Source: Planctomycetota bacterium
GTDB taxonomy: Bacteria; Planctomycetota; Phycisphaerae; Sedimentisphaerales; Anaerohalosphaeraceae
Reading direction: 5' to 3'
DNA length: 64,000 bases
Assembly (NCBI GenBank): GCA_029552545.1
Contig: JAKPDO010000025.1
Span: 43,610 to 107,609, forward strand
Part shown: one piece after another, positions 60,785 to 64,000 of the stretch
Layout: the number at the start of each line of letters is the position of its first letter
Position numbering within the stretch: the stretch's first letter is position 1
Made by a program: the position numbers and the translations under genes
The notes under the pieces: generated by a model
Told to the model about the DNA's origin: nothing
What the model saw: only the letters and a program-made list of their open reading frames with translations
The model's database searches: none

Positions 60785-61173
60785 ATGAAAGCAAATCGCC
60801 GGCATTTGTATTTCTTTGAGATTCTTATTTGTTTTCTTAGTTCTGTGTTGGGCGGGATTTTACTCAGCAGCCTTTCGTGGTATTTGTTGGGGCTGGGGGA
60901 CCGTTCGGATGTTTTATTGGGGCTGATTTTGGGGATGCCGCTGGGGGGCTGGTAGGGCTGCTTTTTTCAAAGAAGATTCTGAAAATATCTTTTTCCATCT
61001 GGGGCCTAATCGTTGGGCTGCTGGCTGCGATGGCAGAGGTTGTTCTGTGTCTCTTTTTGACGGATTTGTTCGGCAATCTTATGCTGTTGACTATTCCAGG
61101 TATCATTGCAATATCTTTTGTGGGAATTACCCGCATGATGAGTCCAAAACAAAGAACAGAAGCGACGAAGTAA
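60785..61173 (+). CDS. small Gly/Leu-rich membrane protein, possibly one gene split at a G6 run
   Basis: ATG 60785 (RBS AAGGGA) reads MKANRRHLYFFEILICFLSS... and stops at 60955. ORF 60877..61173 continues in the +2 frame. One extra G in the run at 60943-60948 would fuse them. Confidence 0.3.
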
Positions 61174-61182
61174 TACGAAACT

Positions 61183-61272
61183 CTCCAGCCCGATCCAGCG
61201 GGGTACATCGATGGGATGAACCTGTATGCCTATGTCAGCAACAACCCGCTCAATTGGCTCGACCCATGGGGG
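61183..61272 (+). repeat. Rhs core-end repeat, copy 2 (start-less remnant)
   Basis: Encodes LQPDPAGYIDGMNLYAYVSNNPLNWLDPWG with no upstream start codon; the frame opens right after the TAA at 61171-61173. Only 12 codons follow before TGA 61306-61308, and they overlap the 3' end of dedA. Confidence 0.8.
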
Positions 61273-61291
61273 TATGAAAACCTTCGGCGGT

Positions 61292-61900
61292 TCAGCGGAA
61301 GAGTTTGAGGGCGGCAAAGCCGCCGGCCAGCAGGATGATAAAGGCCAAAGACAGCCAGTTGAAATATTTTTCAATGAAGGGACGGATGGCCTGACCTTTC
61401 CAGCCGAACAGCCCGGCAATCAGGAAAAAACGGGCTGAACGGCTTATCAGTGAGGCAATCACAAACCCCGCAAAATTGATTTGCGCAATCCCGGCCGTAA
61501 TCGTGCACACCTTATAGGGCAGCGGGGTAAATCCGCAGGTAAAGACAATCCAGAAATCATACCGGTCATACCATCTCTGAAACGCGGCAAAGTTGGCTTC
61601 CGTAAATCCCAGCGGGGCCAAATGCGTCATCACCCAGCCGCCGATGCTCGACCAGAGAAACATCCCGATGGCGTAGCCGAGAATGCCGCCGAGGACGGAG
61701 GCGATGGAGCAGGACAGGGCGAATCGAAACCATTTGCGGGGGGCTCCGAGGGTCAGCGGGGCCAAAAGTACATCCGGCGGGATGGGAAAGAAGCTGGATT
61801 CGGCAAAACTGAGCAGGAAGAGTGCTTTTTCGCCATGCGGAGTCTCGGCAAAGTGAATCACCCAGTTATAGAGCCGGCGGTGCCAGTGCCACCATGGCAA
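61292..61900 (-). CDS. DedA/YqaA-family (SNARE-associated) membrane protein
   Basis: ..RRLYNWVIHFAETPHGEKALFLLSFAESSFFPIPPDVLLAPL.. The family N-terminus has no in-frame ATG, so TTG 61900 is proposed as the start. The remaining ~250 ORF-track codons are antisense to ispE and were rejected. Confidence 0.75.
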   Translation of the reverse strand: MPWWHWHRRLYNWVIHFAETPHGEKALFLLSFAESSFFPIPPDVLLAPLTLGAPRKWFRFALSCSIASVLGGILGYAIGMFLWSSIGGWVMTHLAPLGFTEANFAAFQRWYDRYDFWIVFTCGFTPLPYKVCTITAGIAQINFAGFVIASLISRSARFFLIAGLFGWKGQAIRPFIEKYFNWLSLAFIILLAGGFAALKLFR

Positions 61901-62014
61901 TGACGGCGGATTTGCGGATGCAGATTGTGTTTGTTCCAAAGCCGGCTCCTGCAGAACTCTTTTCTTTTTGCGGGGATAATATATACTGCTTCCGGAAAAG
62001 TCAAGGAGAACACG

Positions 62015-62929
62015 ATGAATGCAGCGGCGGAGCAGTACAGTCAGTTCGAGCAAAAAGAAAAGGGACTTCTGGTGCGGGCACCGGCGAAAATCAATTTGTC
62101 GCTGCTGGTGGCGGGCCGGCGTGCGGACGGTTATCACGAGCTGGAAACGGTGATGGCCAAGATTGACTGGATGGATGAACTGCTGCTGGAACCGTCTTGC
62201 GGCGATGGGCTTGAACTGATTTGCCGGGGGCCTTACGCGGTGCCGGAAGGGCCTGACAATCTGGTCTGGAAGGCCTGGCAGCAGGTTTGCGGCCATATCG
62301 GAAGGCCGCTGCCCGTGCGGATTACACTTTGCAAGAATATCCCGGCGGGTACCGGACTGGGAAGCGGCAGCAGTGATGCGGCGGCGGCTTTGCTGGGACT
62401 GAACCGTTTTTTTCAGCTGAATCTGCCGGAAGGGGCAATTTTCGATATGTCGTGTCGTCTTGGGAGTGATGTGGCGTTTTTCCTTGATGGGCCGGTTGCT
62501 TTCTGCACCGGAAGGGGCGAAAAAATCAAAAAAATCCCTGATTTTCCGGATTTCAGGGCTCTTTTGATTGTTCCAAACGTAAGTGTCTCTACGAAAATGG
62601 TTTATGAAAATTATATCCATGACCCCGAACGTTTTGAGACTTTGCGGGAACAAATAAATGATTCACTTTCAAAAAAGAGTATTGATTCTCTGGCTAAAAT
62701 ATGCGCAAATATGCTTCAGACAAGCTGTTTCCATTTGCACAGGGAGCTGGCGGACCTGAAGGGCGAGGTTGAGCGGCTCTGTGCACGAAAGGTCTGTTTG
62801 AGCGGAAGCGGTTCGGCAATGTTTATGCTCTTTGAAAAAGACTGCGACGCCAAAATCCAAACCTGCCGGCAACTTCTTGACAGGAATCTCGGCATTCTTT
62901 GCCGGATTGTCAACAACAATAGATGGTAA
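62015..62929 (+). CDS. ispE: 4-(cytidine 5'-diphospho)-2-C-methyl-D-erythritol kinase
   Basis: ATG 62015 follows AAGGAGA. APAKINLSLLVAGRRADGYHELETVM and the GHMP motif IPAGTGLGSGSSDAAAAL. Confidence 0.9.
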   Translation: MNAAAEQYSQFEQKEKGLLVRAPAKINLSLLVAGRRADGYHELETVMAKIDWMDELLLEPSCGDGLELICRGPYAVPEGPDNLVWKAWQQVCGHIGRPLPVRITLCKNIPAGTGLGSGSSDAAAALLGLNRFFQLNLPEGAIFDMSCRLGSDVAFFLDGPVAFCTGRGEKIKKIPDFPDFRALLIVPNVSVSTKMVYENYIHDPERFETLREQINDSLSKKSIDSLAKICANMLQTSCFHLHRELADLKGEVERLCARKVCLSGSGSAMFMLFEKDCDAKIQTCRQLLDRNLGILCRIVNNNRW

Positions 62930-62949
62930 TTTGTTCGTGAGGCACCCTT

Positions 62950-63372
62950 ATGGAAATCAGCGAAGTCAGAGTCAAACTTGTGGCCAATCAGGATGATCGG
63001 CTGAAGGCGTTCTGCTCGATGACGCTCGATAATGAGTTCGTCGTGCGGGACATCAAGATTATTGAAGGAGCGGGGGGGCTTTTTGTGGCGATGCCGTCCC
63101 GGAAGATGTCCGATCACTGCGGCAAATGCGGCGGCAAAAACAGCTTAAAGGCCAAGTTCTGCAGCAATTGCGGAGCGAAACTGCAGGACAATCGGGTCAA
63201 ACAGGACCAGCAGGGGCGGATGAAGCTTCATGCGGATATTGCTCACCCCATTAATGCGGCCTGCCGGAAAAAAATTCAGGATGCCATCTTGGCGGCCTAT
63301 CATCAGGAGGTCGAAAAATCCAAACAGCCGGGATACCAGCCGGTGGATTTGGATACGCCTGAGCCGGATTAA
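62950..63372 (+). CDS. spoVG: SpoVG-family protein with an inserted CxxC-x10-CxxC zinc-ribbon
   Basis: [11 protein letters not shown]...[35 protein letters not shown] ... [22 protein letters not shown] is the SpoVG core. An insert of about 38 aa (63109-63228) carries C57/C60/C71/C74. Confidence 0.9.
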   Translation: MEISEVRVKLVANQDDRLKAFCSMTLDNEFVVRDIKIIEGAGGLFVAMPSRKMSDHCGKCGGKNSLKAKFCSNCGAKLQDNRVKQDQQGRMKLHADIAHPINAACRKKIQDAILAAYHQEVEKSKQPGYQPVDLDTPEPD

Positions 63373-63468
63373 GCATTCGGCTGTAAAAAAGGGCGGGTTT
63401 TGAAAAAAAAGAAAAACTGCGGCGGACAGAGGTTCGTCTGCACATAGCCGTTGCTTACAGCCAAGCGG

Positions 63469-63807
63469 CTACTCTTCGATAATTAATTCTTCAAGAATGC
63501 GGTCTAAGGCCGCATCCAGCCGACGTTCCATATCCGGGCTGTTTTCTGCGATTTCCCTTCGGGCACGGAGTACTTTTTCCTGGCGAACTTCCGGCAGGGA
63601 GGCAATCAATTGCAGAAGCCGTCCAATGGGGTTGGCCTGGAGATGTTCCAGTAGAGGCTCCTGCAACAGGTCATCGAGGTCGAGGTTCACCCATTCTTGC
63701 CCGGAGGTCTCGTTCATTTCCGGTACGCGTCGGCTGTTTGAACTTTGCTGATGCATTTTCTTTTGCATTTTTACGACCTGACAGGGTTTGGAATCGTTCT
63801 CCGACAT
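63469..63807 (-). CDS. flgM: anti-sigma-28 factor FlgM-like protein
   Basis: About 112 aa with a disordered N-terminal half. The C-terminus VRQEKVLRARREIAENSPDMERRLDAALDRILEELI matches the FlgM helix pattern. Confidence 0.55.
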   Translation of the reverse strand: MSENDSKPCQVVKMQKKMHQQSSNSRRVPEMNETSGQEWVNLDLDDLLQEPLLEHLQANPIGRLLQLIASLPEVRQEKVLRARREIAENSPDMERRLDAALDRILEELIIEE

Positions 63808-64000
63808 TCCTTATCGGACCTGAAGATTCCCGGCTTTTCGGAGCCGTTTTTCGGGTCCCTCAAATCCTTTTTTGAGGAGGTTTTCTTCTGATTTCCAGAA
63901 GACCACAATATATTGTATGTCTGGTTGCTGCGTCGGGTTGTTTTTTCTCGCTGACTATGCTGTTATCGGCGTCATAAGGTTTGAATCTTTAAAAAAAGGA

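Noticed and set aside
61901-62653. The upstream ~250 codons of minus-strand ORF 61292..62653.
   Set aside because: This part is antisense to ispE and has no family resemblance. DedA homology starts at about 61900.

Overview
This 64-kb window comes from a moderately GC-rich diderm bacterium. By inference only, it looks like the PVC superphylum (Planctomycetota/Phycisphaerae-like). The cues are a DUF1559 pseudopilin-like gene, a PEP-CTERM protein, ECF-sigma/FecR pairs, dockerin-like tags and dense CAZymes.

Layout:
- 1-4.2 kb: the end of the ribosomal alpha operon (infA-rpmJ-rpsM-rpsK-rpsD-rpoA-rplQ), a HIT protein and an initiator tRNA.
- 4.3-19.9 kb: a tightly packed VTC / DUF4956 / HlyD / TolC operon. 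It runs straight into a 1527-aa CotH/LTD protein, which meets a convergent 2099-aa paralog.
- 20.1-25.4 kb: GH2 and GH97.
- 25.5-33.5 kb (minus strand): ECF sigma, FecR-type anti-sigma, a pseudopilin-like gene, three paralogous secreted proteins and a PEP-CTERM protein.
- 33.8-45.0 kb: a rhamnogalacturonan-type pectin locus (PL11, tandem beta-propeller GH, GH28, SASA esterase, GH106-CE12 fusion).
- 45.1-52.3 kb: nusA-infB-rbfA-X-hisG and yebC.
- 52.3-58.7 kb: envelope-glycan genes, a nitroreductase, tRNA-Ala, a lipoprotein and carboxynorspermidine dehydrogenase.
- 58.8-61.3 kb: an AT-richer relic region with an orphan Rhs C-terminal toxin cassette.
- 61.3-63.8 kb: dedA, ispE, spoVG and flgM.

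The most interesting candidate is the VTC-DUF4956-HlyD-TolC-CotH unit, a possible trans-envelope polyphosphate synthesis and export machine. No CRISPR array, rRNA, transposase or integrase was seen.

Three apparent reading-frame breaks suggest either real gene decay or assembly errors. All family names come from reading the translations by eye. No database search was run.
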